Positions 47,268 through 56,053 of a stretch of DNA of 64,000 nt are shown here, piece after piece. Position numbers and translations under genes: made by a program. Location of the stretch: assembly GCA_045648465.1 (NCBI GenBank), contig JAZROA010000010.1, positions 7,317 to 71,316 on the forward strand, in the 5' to 3' direction. Under the pieces are notes generated by a model. It saw only the letters and a program-made list of their open reading frames with translations. It made no database searches and was not told the DNA's origin. Each line of letters begins with the position of its first letter. The first letter of the stretch is position 1. Source of the DNA: Saccharofermentans sp. GTDB taxonomy: Bacteria; Bacillota; Clostridia; Saccharofermentanales; Saccharofermentanaceae.

Positions 47268-48566
47268 TTATACGCTTTGAGCCACTGACGTGAAACAAAT
47301 AACATAACCGTCGTACTCCGGCTTGATGACCTTTGCATAAATGCGGTTGTCACCTTCCTGGAGCATTATGTTGGTCCTGGGCGTAAGTTCGTAATCGCAT
47401 GAAATAAGCGCATGCTTTTTATCTGTCGAGATCTTGTTGACCGTTGCCTGATGGCCTACTGCTTCAACGGTCTTTTCCTTAACCGTGTGGAGATCGTATT
47501 TTTTCTTGTCGCAGTCCGTCCAGACGATGACTGAATAGTTGGTATCGACAGAAAGGCCGTCTAACTTGGAAACCTCATAATACTTGAGTTCATTCTTGGC
47601 GCCCTTGGGAAGGAAGCTTCCTTCAGAGCAGGATTCGAAATCGCCCGTAAGCTTTTGTCTTGTATTGTCAGTGATGAGGACCTGGCCTCCGACGGTAAGA
47701 CCCTCAAGTCTTCCGGCGATGTTTACCGTCTGGCCCATGCAGCCGTACTTCATCTTGTTCTCTGAACCGATGTTGCCCACAACGACGCTGCCAGTATTAA
47801 TGCCGATGCCCATTGCAAGTTCGGGATAGCCGTTCTCTTCAGTCCACTTGTTGACTTCCTTGACCGCGTTCTGCATTCCGATGGCGCACCTGACCGCATT
47901 GGACGCATGATCCGGCATTTCCTTGGGCGCTCCGAAAACGACGAAGATACCGTCGCCAAGAAACTCGATTACCGTGCCGCCGTATTTGGAGATTACTGCG
48001 ACCATCGCCTCGAAATAATGGTTGAGGAGATTGATGAGGCGCTGCGCCGGCATTTTCGATGAGAGCGCGGTAAAGCCGCGAAGGTCGCTCATGAGTATCG
48101 TGACTTCCTGCGTAAGGCCGCCTCTCTTCTGACCTTCAGCGGTCGTAAGAACGTAGTCGGCGATGTCGGGAGAAGTGTATCTTGCGAATGCGGATCTGAC
48201 CTGGATGAGCTTGGTGAGGTCCGTGATGACGACGAGGTATACTGCCATGTCATCGTGCTTGTAATAGTTGAGCCTGACGTGGAGATTATATTTGGTGCCG
48301 TCATTGCTGACGTAATCGACGATCTCTTCCTGGGCCTTGAGCTTTTGCGCGACCGCGTCGATGAAAAGCTGGATTAAATCGTCGTTGCCTTCAACGAAAG
48401 GGATCGCATCCCAGATCTTAATGGCGCTGTCAGCGGAGATTCCGAAAAGTTTTTCTGCCGCAGGATTTGCTTCCAGCAGAACGCCGGTGGAAGAGACAAG
48501 ACATACTGCGTCTTCCGTGTTCTCGAAAATATAACTGATCTGCTCGGCAGGCATTTTTTCAAACAT
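47268..48566 (-). CDS. PAS domain - class III adenylate/guanylate cyclase - unknown C-terminal domain
   Basis: ILMSDLRGFT, EFLGDGIFVVFGAP and GINTGSVVVGNIGS cyclase motifs, an N-terminal PAS-like ~110 aa and a C-terminal ~100 aa beta-rich domain. Confidence 0.8.
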   Translation of the reverse strand: MFEKMPAEQISYIFENTEDAVCLVSSTGVLLEANPAAEKLFGISADSAIKIWDAIPFVEGNDDLIQLFIDAVAQKLKAQEEIVDYVSNDGTKYNLHVRLNYYKHDDMAVYLVVITDLTKLIQVRSAFARYTSPDIADYVLTTAEGQKRGGLTQEVTILMSDLRGFTALSSKMPAQRLINLLNHYFEAMVAVISKYGGTVIEFLGDGIFVVFGAPKEMPDHASNAVRCAIGMQNAVKEVNKWTEENGYPELAMGIGINTGSVVVGNIGSENKMKYGCMGQTVNIAGRLEGLTVGGQVLITDNTRQKLTGDFESCSEGSFLPKGAKNELKYYEVSKLDGLSVDTNYSVIVWTDCDKKKYDLHTVKEKTVEAVGHQATVNKISTDKKHALISCDYELTPRTNIMLQEGDNRIYAKVIKPEYDGYVICFTSVAQSV

Positions 48567-48580
48567 CTGAAATCTCCGTA

Positions 48581-48630
48581 AAAATAATTTAGCCGCGGTA
48601 TTATTGTAACATCCCGCGGCTAAAAAAATC
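48581..48630 (-). terminator. Probable terminator after the cNMP-binding protein gene
   Basis: TAGCCGCGG-N15-CCGCGGCTA with a T-rich tract downstream on the minus strand. Confidence 0.55.
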
Positions 48631-48645
48631 AGAACAAAAAACTTA

Positions 48646-49548
48646 TCAGCTGTTGTAGAGGTCGTTGACTTCCTTACAAGCAGTAAGGTAATCGTATGTG
48701 AGCATCCTCAAGCGGTATGAGAGGTGCTTTAAGATCATCTCGACCTTGACGGGTGATTCCCTGAAGAGCTCCTCGATGCCTTCGGGGCTTACGATCTCGA
48801 CATATGTATCGTCACTGTCTGCAACTGCGGTAGCGCTTCTTGCGTCGTCAGAGATCATGCCCATCTCGCCGAAGAATGAAACAGGATAGAGCTCCGTGAG
48901 CTTGACCTGCTTGGGATCGCCATAGTTCGTGTAGATTCCGACGGTACCGCCGTAAACGATATACATGCACTTGCCGACTTCGCCTTCCTTGAAGATGACG
49001 GTGCCCTTCTTGTATGTCTCGATGGCGCCGCTCTTTTGGTCCTTGAGGCCTGCGGATGCTTCACGGAGTGCCTCGGCAGAGGGCTTGTCGATGTTGTTCT
49101 TGCCTGAAGCGTAGAAGTCGATGTACTTCTTGATCTTTGCGAAGACCGAATCGCTCTTCTTATCCTGTGATGCGCGGAGCTCCTTGAGGAGTGATGCGAG
49201 CACGTCGTACTCTGAAGTGAGTGTCTTGATCCTGCTTCCGATGTGCTTCATGATCTGGAGGATCATGTCGGGGTTCTCAGCGAAGAATCCGTTGAGCTCG
49301 TCTGCTGAGATCTCAATCGCACGTACATTATCAACGGCTACAATCGTGTTGCTTCTGGGGTATGTCTCGATGACAGCCATCTCGCCGAAGAAGTCGCCGG
49401 GATCAAGGACAGTCAGCTCTCTCTCGCCGGCTTCACCGTAGTTGGCGATAACCCGGACGCTTCCTTCAAGGATCCTGAAAAAGCTGTTGCCGACATCTCC
49501 CTGCTTAAAGATGACGTCACCTTTGGAAAAGTTTCTTTCTGTACTCAT
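48646..49548 (-). CDS. Protein with two cyclic-nucleotide-binding domains and no output domain
   Basis: Two copies of the pattern FKQGD...FFGEMAVI / FKEGE...FFGEMGMI. No HTH. Start chosen at the internal Met (MSTERNF). Confidence 0.8.
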   Translation of the reverse strand: MSTERNFSKGDVIFKQGDVGNSFFRILEGSVRVIANYGEAGERELTVLDPGDFFGEMAVIETYPRSNTIVAVDNVRAIEISADELNGFFAENPDMILQIMKHIGSRIKTLTSEYDVLASLLKELRASQDKKSDSVFAKIKKYIDFYASGKNNIDKPSAEALREASAGLKDQKSGAIETYKKGTVIFKEGEVGKCMYIVYGGTVGIYTNYGDPKQVKLTELYPVSFFGEMGMISDDARSATAVADSDDTYVEIVSPEGIEELFRESPVKVEMILKHLSYRLRMLTYDYLTACKEVNDLYNS

Positions 49549-49761
49549 GTTGTAGCCCCTTTCGTCAATTATCAATGATTTATTATAACTCGGTTAAACC
49601 CTTAAATGGCTTAATTCACACAATGTTTAACATCAATTAACCTGTACTTTCTGTTTTAAAGGGTAACCGCCGCAAGAGGGTAGCTCGCGGCGGCTGGAGG
49701 TAAAGTGCATTCCGGATATTCGGGTGACCGGAAAACATATTATGAAAGAACGGGTTATGAA

Positions 49762-51063
49762 TTACTTCTTCTTTTTGTTTTTCGAGAACTTCTCGATGAT
49801 GCTCTTGAAAGGATTGTTGCCGCCCTGCTTAGAGACGATCTCGAAAACTACTGCGGCGAGGAGTACAAGACCCTTAACGATCTTGATCCAGTCCTGGTCG
49901 ATTCCCATGAGTGACATGCCCTGGTCGATAACACCGATCAAAGTAGCACCGATGACCATTCCCATGATCGAACCTGAACCGCCGTAAGCGGATACACCAC
50001 CGACGATACATGCTGCGATAGCATCCATCTCGAAGTTCTGTCCTGCGAAAGCATTTGCGGAACTGAATCTTGCTGTAACGATGAGCGCTGCAAGAACAGT
50101 AAGAACTGACATGTTGAGGTATGCAACGAACATGATGAGCTTGTTATTGATACCTGAGAGCTTTGCTGTCTCAGCGTTGCCGCCGACTGTCATGAAGTGA
50201 CGGCCGATCGTTGTCTTCTCTGTGATGATTCCGTAGAAGAGGAGAACTGCAACGAGCCAGAGAACGACTACCGGGATACCGCCTTCGAAAATCTCCTGTG
50301 TCGATCCGTCAGGAAGATCTTCAAATCTGATGTTGCCTTCCTGTGCGAACTTGAAAGAAAGGATCAGGATGATAGCACCTTCGATAGCGCTCTTAACTGC
50401 GACGAACCACATGGGATCTGCGTCGTAGCCCTTCTTAACCTTCTTGTTGCGTGACGTGATGTTGATGAAAACAATAGCAGCCGTAGCCAGAACGCCAAGA
50501 ACAAGGCAGGGAATGTTAAGCCACATGAAGAGCTTCTCGATCTTGAACTGGAAAACAGGAGCCGTGAGGATCCTGCCGGAGAAGAGGTGAAGGAATCCCT
50601 CCGGGAAGTTGGAGATAGCACTTGTATCTGAAACCTTTACGAGGATCTGTGTGGCAAGACCACGGAATGCGAGGTATCCGGCGAGAGTTGCGATCCACGG
50701 AGGTATTCTTACGTAAGCGATAAGGAATCCCAGGACTGCACCGTAGACAAGACCTACGCCCAATACGAGCAGGAGTGAGAGCGGAGTGTTGATATACCAG
50801 ATAACTGAGAAGACACCTGCAACCGCACCTGCGAAGCAGAGGAATGAACCGACTGACAGGTCGATGTTACCGCCGGTGAGCATACACATGAGCATGCCGG
50901 CACCTAAGATGTAAACGTATGCTTTCTGGTCGATGAGGGATGCAACGTTCGAAGATGTGAACATGGTTCCCTGGGTCATGATCGTAAAGAAGACATAGAT
51001 CACGAAGAGTGCTATAGCCATTACGTTCTTCTTGAGAACGTTTTTAATACTGAATGTATTCAT
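49762..51063 (-). CDS. Sugar ABC transporter permease (CUT2, GguB/XylH-like)
   Basis: Ten or more TM helices with a GGNIDLSVGS motif. 4 nt overlap with the upstream permease gene. Confidence 0.85.
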   Translation of the reverse strand: MNTFSIKNVLKKNVMAIALFVIYVFFTIMTQGTMFTSSNVASLIDQKAYVYILGAGMLMCMLTGGNIDLSVGSFLCFAGAVAGVFSVIWYINTPLSLLLVLGVGLVYGAVLGFLIAYVRIPPWIATLAGYLAFRGLATQILVKVSDTSAISNFPEGFLHLFSGRILTAPVFQFKIEKLFMWLNIPCLVLGVLATAAIVFINITSRNKKVKKGYDADPMWFVAVKSAIEGAIILILSFKFAQEGNIRFEDLPDGSTQEIFEGGIPVVVLWLVAVLLFYGIITEKTTIGRHFMTVGGNAETAKLSGINNKLIMFVAYLNMSVLTVLAALIVTARFSSANAFAGQNFEMDAIAACIVGGVSAYGGSGSIMGMVIGATLIGVIDQGMSLMGIDQDWIKIVKGLVLLAAVVFEIVSKQGGNNPFKSIIEKFSKNKKKK

Positions 51064-52628
51064 GCTTCAGCACCTCCCTTCTCTGAAGCTGATGCTTGTG
51101 TGGCTTCAGCCTTCTTTTTCTTCTGGGCGCCCTTTCTTCTCATCTGCATTACTACGTCGAACAATACAGCTACGAGAAGTACCAGGCCCTTAACAACTGT
51201 CTGATAGTTAGTAGGGGTCTTTGCGATGACCATTCCCTGGTTGATGATACCGCAGAGGGCAGCACCGATGATTACACCGCCGATGGAACCTGTTCCGCCG
51301 TATGCGGAAGCGCCGCCGATGAAGCATGCTGCGATAGCATCCATCTCATAACCGACACCGTATGTAGGCTGTGAACCCATCTGTCTTGCGATGTTAAGAA
51401 CGCCTGCGAAACCTGCGAGAACGCCCATGAGTGTGTAAGCACTGAACATAACCTTCTTTGTGTCGATACCGGAAAGTCTTGTAGCCTTTTCGTTGCCGCC
51501 GACAGCATAGAGGTTACGGCCGAGGGTCGTTTTCGAGGTGATGTATGCAAACAGTCCTAAGACGAGAGCGATCCAGATAAGAACCGTAGGGATTCCCTTG
51601 TAGCCTGCAAGCTTATATGTGAGCCAGAGGATTACGCCGAAGATCAATGCCGTCTTGACGATGACTGTTGCCAGTGAATCTACTTTGTAGCCCTTCTTGA
51701 TAAGTCTCTTGCGGTTGATGACCGTAAATACTACGAAACCTACTGCAATGAGGAGACCTACTATAAGGCAGGTAACATTGAGCTGTGAAGAAATGTAGAT
51801 CTTGAGATTTGATAATGTCTTACCGATAGCTGCGAGATATTCAGGAACTTCCTGACCTGCTGCAGCTGCTGTATCAAAGATATTCTGTGCAGCAGCGGAT
51901 AAAGACATATCGTTAGCTGCCAGATACTGGGGAACTGTCATTTCTGCATTTGCAGCTGCATTAATGACGTCAGTGCACTCCTTGCCGGCATCAGCAATGC
52001 TCTGAAGACCGGAAACGGTCTGCTGCAGCTGACCCATGTCAGTTGAGTATGTTCCCGTAACCTGCTGGTTAATGAAACCTGCCCTCATGATGGCGATCTT
52101 ATCCTGGATATAAGGACCGGGGATATAGCATGAGTCGCCGCCGCCGAAGATCTTGAGGAACATGCCCTGGTTAGGATTGTCCTGATAGAGGGAGTATGCA
52201 AAACCCTTCATTATGATGTTCGCAAGACCTCTGAAGGCAAGCATGCCGACCAGCGTTGCGATGAAGGGAGGTACCTTTACATATGCGATCCAGTAGCCAT
52301 GCCACATACCGACCAAAAGACCCATAACGAGCATTGCGATTACTGCGACCGGCCAGGGGATATTCTTGTCCATTAAGATGGCACCGACACCGCCTGCCAG
52401 ACAGACTACAGATCCTACTGAAAGGTCGATGTTACCACCGGTTAAGATACAGAGGAGCATACCTGTTCCGAGTACGAAAACATATGCGTTCTGTGAAATT
52501 ACGTTATTGATGTTCTGAGGAAATAATGATGTTCCGTCTGTGAGCCTAAAGAATACGATCATTACGATGACCATCGCAATAAGCATCATGTATTTTCTCA
52601 GGAAGTTTACTACTTTATTTCCGCCCAT
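51060..52628 (-). CDS. Sugar ABC transporter permease (CUT2) with a ~125 aa extracytoplasmic insertion
   Basis: GGNIDLSVGS motif. The non-membrane insert spans residues ~160-285. Confidence 0.85.
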   Translation of the reverse strand: MGGNKVVNFLRKYMMLIAMVIVMIVFFRLTDGTSLFPQNINNVISQNAYVFVLGTGMLLCILTGGNIDLSVGSVVCLAGGVGAILMDKNIPWPVAVIAMLVMGLLVGMWHGYWIAYVKVPPFIATLVGMLAFRGLANIIMKGFAYSLYQDNPNQGMFLKIFGGGDSCYIPGPYIQDKIAIMRAGFINQQVTGTYSTDMGQLQQTVSGLQSIADAGKECTDVINAAANAEMTVPQYLAANDMSLSAAAQNIFDTAAAAGQEVPEYLAAIGKTLSNLKIYISSQLNVTCLIVGLLIAVGFVVFTVINRKRLIKKGYKVDSLATVIVKTALIFGVILWLTYKLAGYKGIPTVLIWIALVLGLFAYITSKTTLGRNLYAVGGNEKATRLSGIDTKKVMFSAYTLMGVLAGFAGVLNIARQMGSQPTYGVGYEMDAIAACFIGGASAYGGTGSIGGVIIGAALCGIINQGMVIAKTPTNYQTVVKGLVLLVAVLFDVVMQMRRKGAQKKKKAEATQASASEKGGAEA

Positions 52629-52630
52629 CG

Positions 52631-54187
52631 TTATGCCTCACTTCCTTCCGATTCACCGCCGACACCGACGATGCAAGACATAATGTTCTCCTGTGTAGCA
52701 TCGGAAGCCTTCATCTCTCCTACGATCTTTGCCTGGTTCATGATGTAGATCCTGTCGCTCATTCCGATGACTTCGGGAAGTTCGGAAGAGATCATGATCA
52801 CAGACTTACCGGCCTTTGCAAGATCGTTGATGATGCAGTAGATCTCGTACTTTGCACCAACGTCGATACCTCTTGTAGGTTCGTCGAGAATGAGAACGTC
52901 CGGATCAGCGAACATCCACTTCGCGAGGAGGACCTTCTGCTGGTTACCGCCGGAGAGGTTTCCTACGAGCTGCTCAACTGAAGGGGTCTTTGTTCTGAGC
53001 TTCTGCTTGTATTCATCAGCAACCTGGTATTCCTTATCCTTATCAATAAAGGTTGCAGTACTGATTGCCTTGAGATTTGCAAGCGTGGTATTTGTCTTGA
53101 TTGAATTTGTAAGAACGAGTCCGTTGCCCTTACGGTCTTCAGTAACGTATGCAAGTCCTGCGGCGATCGCCTTCTTAGGTGACTTCAAAGTTACTTCCTT
53201 TCCACGCAGGAACAATTTACCTGAAATACCGATACCGTATGAGCGTCCGAAAATACTCATTGCGAGCTCTGTACGGCCGGCGCCCATGAGACCGTAGATA
53301 CCTACGACCTCACCGCTTCTTACGTTGATGGATACGTCGTCTACGACTTTTCGCTCTGCGAACTCAGGGTGGAAGACTGTCCAGTTCTTTACTTCCATCA
53401 TGACATCGCCGATCGGTACGTCGTGGCGCTTAGGGAAACGGTCTGTGATCTCACGTCCTACCATTCCCTTGATGATCCTGGCCTCGGAGATCTCCTCGTC
53501 CTTGGAGTTCATCGTCTCGATGGTGGAACCGTCTCTTACGACCGTGATCTTGTCTGCAACATATGAGACCTCGTTGAGCTTGTGGGAGATGATGATCATC
53601 GTCATTCCCTGCTCTTTCTGGAGCTTTTTCATGAGATCAAGGAGAGCTCTTGAGTCTGTCTCGTTAAGTGAAGAAGTAGGCTCGTCAAGGATAAGGAGTC
53701 TGGCATTCTTTGCCAAAGCCTTAGCGATTTCAACGAGCTGCTGCTTACCTGTACCAATATCTTTAATAAGTGTTTTCGAGGAATCAGTAAGACCTACCAT
53801 CTCAAGATACTTATCTGCTTCTGCGTAAGTCTTGTTCCAGTCGATACACCATTTTTTGCCTTGTTCATTACCGAGGAACATGTTCTCACCGATCGTCATG
53901 TAAGGGATCAGTGCGAGCTCCTGGTGGATAATAACGATTCCTTTTTTCTCGGAATCCTTAATGTTATGAAATTCGCATACTTCGCCGTCGTAAACTATGT
54001 CGCCTTCATAGGTGCCTATCGGATAAATTCCGCTGAGAACATTCATCAATGTAGATTTACCTGCACCGTTCTCACCGACTAGCGCGTGAATCTCCCCCTC
54101 TTCAACCTGCAGGTTGACATTATCGAGAGCCTTAACGCCCGGAAAAGTTTTGGTTATGCTCTTCATTTCAAGCAAAACTTTTGCCAT
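52631..54187 (-). CDS. Sugar ABC transporter ATP-binding protein (tandem ABC domains, GguA/XylG/MglA-like)
   Basis: Walker A GENGAGKST and GLMGAGRTE. Signatures GTGKQQLV-type and LSGGNQQKV. Confidence 0.9.
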   Translation of the reverse strand: MAKVLLEMKSITKTFPGVKALDNVNLQVEEGEIHALVGENGAGKSTLMNVLSGIYPIGTYEGDIVYDGEVCEFHNIKDSEKKGIVIIHQELALIPYMTIGENMFLGNEQGKKWCIDWNKTYAEADKYLEMVGLTDSSKTLIKDIGTGKQQLVEIAKALAKNARLLILDEPTSSLNETDSRALLDLMKKLQKEQGMTMIIISHKLNEVSYVADKITVVRDGSTIETMNSKDEEISEARIIKGMVGREITDRFPKRHDVPIGDVMMEVKNWTVFHPEFAERKVVDDVSINVRSGEVVGIYGLMGAGRTELAMSIFGRSYGIGISGKLFLRGKEVTLKSPKKAIAAGLAYVTEDRKGNGLVLTNSIKTNTTLANLKAISTATFIDKDKEYQVADEYKQKLRTKTPSVEQLVGNLSGGNQQKVLLAKWMFADPDVLILDEPTRGIDVGAKYEIYCIINDLAKAGKSVIMISSELPEVIGMSDRIYIMNQAKIVGEMKASDATQENIMSCIVGVGGESEGSEA

Positions 54188-54357
54188 TTGTAGCCTCTTT
54201 CATTTAAAAGTGATTTTGTTTGTTTTTGTTTCTTACTTGTAAGTTTGAGTTTTGAGTTTTTTGTTTGAGTTTGTTTGCAGAGATGCTGCGGTTTGAGAAA
54301 CTGCGATTGCAGAAACCTTGATTGCCGGATCTGCGATTTAGTCAGCCCCCCAATATA

Positions 54358-54379
54358 CAGGCGGGGTTTCCCCCGCCTG
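54358..54379 (-). other. GC-rich intercistronic hairpin between the binding-protein and ATPase genes
   Basis: CAGGCGGGG-TTTC-CCCCGCCTG with no clear T-run. It could be a partial attenuator or a 3' stabiliser for the binding-protein transcript. Confidence 0.45.
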
Positions 54380-54401
54380 CAAAGGGCTAAAAACTTGTTA
54401 A

Positions 54402-55463
54402 TTAAGCAAGCTGATCAGCTGTGTAGTAACCGGAGTCGATAAGGATCTTCTGATAGTTGCCAGCGTCAGCAAATACAGGTGAGCAGAGGTAAGAAGGAAC
54501 AACTTTCTTGCCGTTGTCATATGTAGTTGTGTCGTTAACTTCAACAGTCTGACCGTTGAGGATCTGTGTAACCATCTTAACAACCTGGGAAGCGAGTGTA
54601 CGTGTATCCTTGAATACGGACATTGACTGCTTGCCCTGGAGCATGTTCTTAACGTTTGCGATATCGCAGTCCTGACCAGTGATGATCGGGTATGTACCTG
54701 TGTAGTTTGTAGCGAGAGCGTTCTCTACGCCGAGAGCTGTAGAGTCGTTGGAGCAAAGCCATACGTCAACGTTTGTGCCGTCAGCATAGTTAGAAGAAAG
54801 GATGTTTTCTGCTCTGTTCTGAGCTGTCTCTGTCTTCCAGGAAGGTGTAGCAACCTGCTCGAATGTGTTCTGGCCGGAAACTACGTTGAGCTTACCAGAC
54901 TCAATGTAAGGCTTAAGAACGTCATAAGCACCATTGAAGAAGAAGCCTGCGTTGTTGTCACCGGGGTCACCAGCTGTGAACTCGATGTTGAAAGGACCTG
55001 CAGCGTTGTCGAGGTCGAGTGTATCTACAACATACTGGCCCTGGATTGTACCAACCATGTAGTTGTCGAATGTTGCATAGTAGTCAACGTTTGCGTTGTC
55101 CATAAGGAGACGGTCGTAAGCGATGACAGGAATCTTCTTAGCAGCAGCCTTATCGAGAGCTGTTCCGAGTGAAGAACCTTCGATAGCAGCGATAACGAGA
55201 ACCTTACAACCGGAGTTGATCATGTTCTCAACCTGGGAAAGCTGTGTAGCAACGTCGTTGTTAGCATACTGAAGGTCTACTTCGTAGCCGGCAGCTTCGA
55301 GCTCTTTCTTCATGTTGTCGCCGTCCTGATTCCATCTCTGGAGATCCTTTGTAGGCATTGATACGCCAACCTTGTTCTTTCCTGAACCAGCGGAGCATCC
55401 TGTCAATGCTGTAATAGCCATTGCAGCACAAAGAATTGTTCCAATAATTTTCTTTGCTTTCAT
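54402..55463 (-). CDS. Sugar ABC transporter substrate-binding lipoprotein (ChvE/XylF-like)
   Basis: AGGAGG RBS before the ATG at 55463, lipobox LTGCS, and VGVSMPTKDLQRWNQDG typical of ChvE-like binding proteins. Confidence 0.85.
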   Translation of the reverse strand: MKAKKIIGTILCAAMAITALTGCSAGSGKNKVGVSMPTKDLQRWNQDGDNMKKELEAAGYEVDLQYANNDVATQLSQVENMINSGCKVLVIAAIEGSSLGTALDKAAAKKIPVIAYDRLLMDNANVDYYATFDNYMVGTIQGQYVVDTLDLDNAAGPFNIEFTAGDPGDNNAGFFFNGAYDVLKPYIESGKLNVVSGQNTFEQVATPSWKTETAQNRAENILSSNYADGTNVDVWLCSNDSTALGVENALATNYTGTYPIITGQDCDIANVKNMLQGKQSMSVFKDTRTLASQVVKMVTQILNGQTVEVNDTTTYDNGKKVVPSYLCSPVFADAGNYQKILIDSGYYTADQLA

Positions 55464-55589
55464 TTGGGAAATTCCTCCTATTGAAAAATATGGCACTTCT
55501 TGCCACATACAAATTAACATTAGGAATATAGGAGTTGCATATCCAAATTCTTGATATTTTTGGCGAATACTCATAAGGTTCTGCGGCAA

Positions 55590-55640
55590 TTTAGCACAAT
55601 CTTGTGTTGAAACTCACCAAATTGTCAAGATTGTGCTAAA
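55590..55640. promoter_or_regulatory. Perfect 15 bp inverted repeat in the ABC operon upstream region
   Basis: TTTAGCACAATCTTG-N20-CAAGATTGTGCTAAA. Confidence 0.5.
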
Positions 55641-55721
55641 TACAACATAAATGCCACAAATGCGATGTTTGATGATTGTTTATTTATATATAAAGAGGCG
55701 TTGGAGCGGGGCGGCAAAAGG

Positions 55722-55972
55722 CCTGTCGACGAGATGTCGACGAAATCAGGCAAAATCGTCGACGTTACCGTCGAATTTGCCCTGATTTGACGATTCTGTA
55801 GACGAAAAACACTATTTACGTCAACGTTTCGTCGACAGCATGAACCGGTTGAATCCATGTGACAAGTCATGTGTCAAAAACAGACTGAAGTGTCACGGAT
55901 TTTGTTAAAACAAGTCTCAATGCCAATTCTCGTAACAAAATCGCCGTTTCTGTTACGGAATTTGTCACATGC
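55722..55972. promoter_or_regulatory. Dense array of GTCGAC-type and GTGACA-type word repeats (candidate operator array)
   Basis: TGTCGACG x2 plus CGTCGACG plus four degenerate copies (55722-55840), then ATGTGACA, ATGTGTCA, GTGTCAC and TTGTCACAT (55855-55972). Confidence 0.45.
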
Positions 55973-55980
55973 CCTGAAGC

Positions 55981-56027
55981 AAAAAAATTGCGTACTAAAA
56001 ACTCAAAACAGAGAATTTAGTACGCAA
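55981..56027 (-). terminator. Rho-independent terminator of the sensor operon
   Basis: TTGCGTACTAAA-N16-TTTAGTACGCAA followed by TTTTTTT on the minus strand. Confidence 0.85.
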
Positions 56028-56053
56028 TCAAATTTCAAAATACAAAAGAAGGC

